Origin: Amoebidium appalachense | Lineage: Eukaryota > Protista > Ichthyosporea | DNA length: 64,000 bases | NCBI GenBank assembly: GCA_963693365.1 | Contig: CAVNZM010000002.1 | Span: forward strand, 8,653,059 to 8,717,058 | Direction of reading: 5' to 3' | In this document: positions 63,870 to 64,000 of the stretch, one piece after another | Numbering within the stretch: the stretch's first letter is position 1 | Layout of the letters: each line of letters starts with the position of its first letter | Made by a program: the position numbers and the translations under genes | The notes under the pieces: model-generated | Told to the model about the DNA's origin: nothing | What the model saw: the letters and a program-made list of their open reading frames with translations, nothing else | Database searches by the model: none

Positions 63870-64000
63870 GACATAAGAATCTCGAAACTTATAAAATATA
63901 TGCATGGGCTCCTTTCTGGGTATCAAGCTTAAAAAATAAATCGCCAGTCAATATCAAAGACAGCTCGCTTGAGTATTGGGTGTGGGTGTGCTCCTGGTGT

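Overview
Eukaryotic genomic DNA with very microsatellite-rich introns ((CA)n/(GT)n, (CT)n, long poly-C/poly-G). Almost every ORF in the supplied track is a repeat artefact. By hand-splicing I reconstruct five protein-coding genes: (1) gamma-tubulin complex component GCP2 (+, ~1.85-20.1 kb, 5' end unresolved), which contains an AT-AC minor-spliceosome intron and an intronic tRNA-Arg(CCG); (2) a 4-exon unknown protein (-, 23.4-26.7 kb) with a possible transposase-derived domain; (3) a 3-exon cAMP-receptor-like 7TM GPCR (-, 29.6-33.2 kb); (4) a 15-exon Raf/KSR-family kinase (-, 36.5-52.8 kb) with a BRS/CC-like N-terminus and C1 domain but no Ras-binding domain; (5) a 4-exon RGS-domain protein (+, 58.2-62.1 kb). 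Raf with BRS+C1 plus a U12 intron suggests a holozoan, perhaps a unicellular one (inference only). The most unusual signals are (CA)n in place of polypyrimidine tracts at acceptors, repeated tandem duplication of splice junctions, and a short intronic repeat family that mostly ends in poly-C and is always in the host sense orientation. All coordinates were counted by eye and may be off by a few bases.
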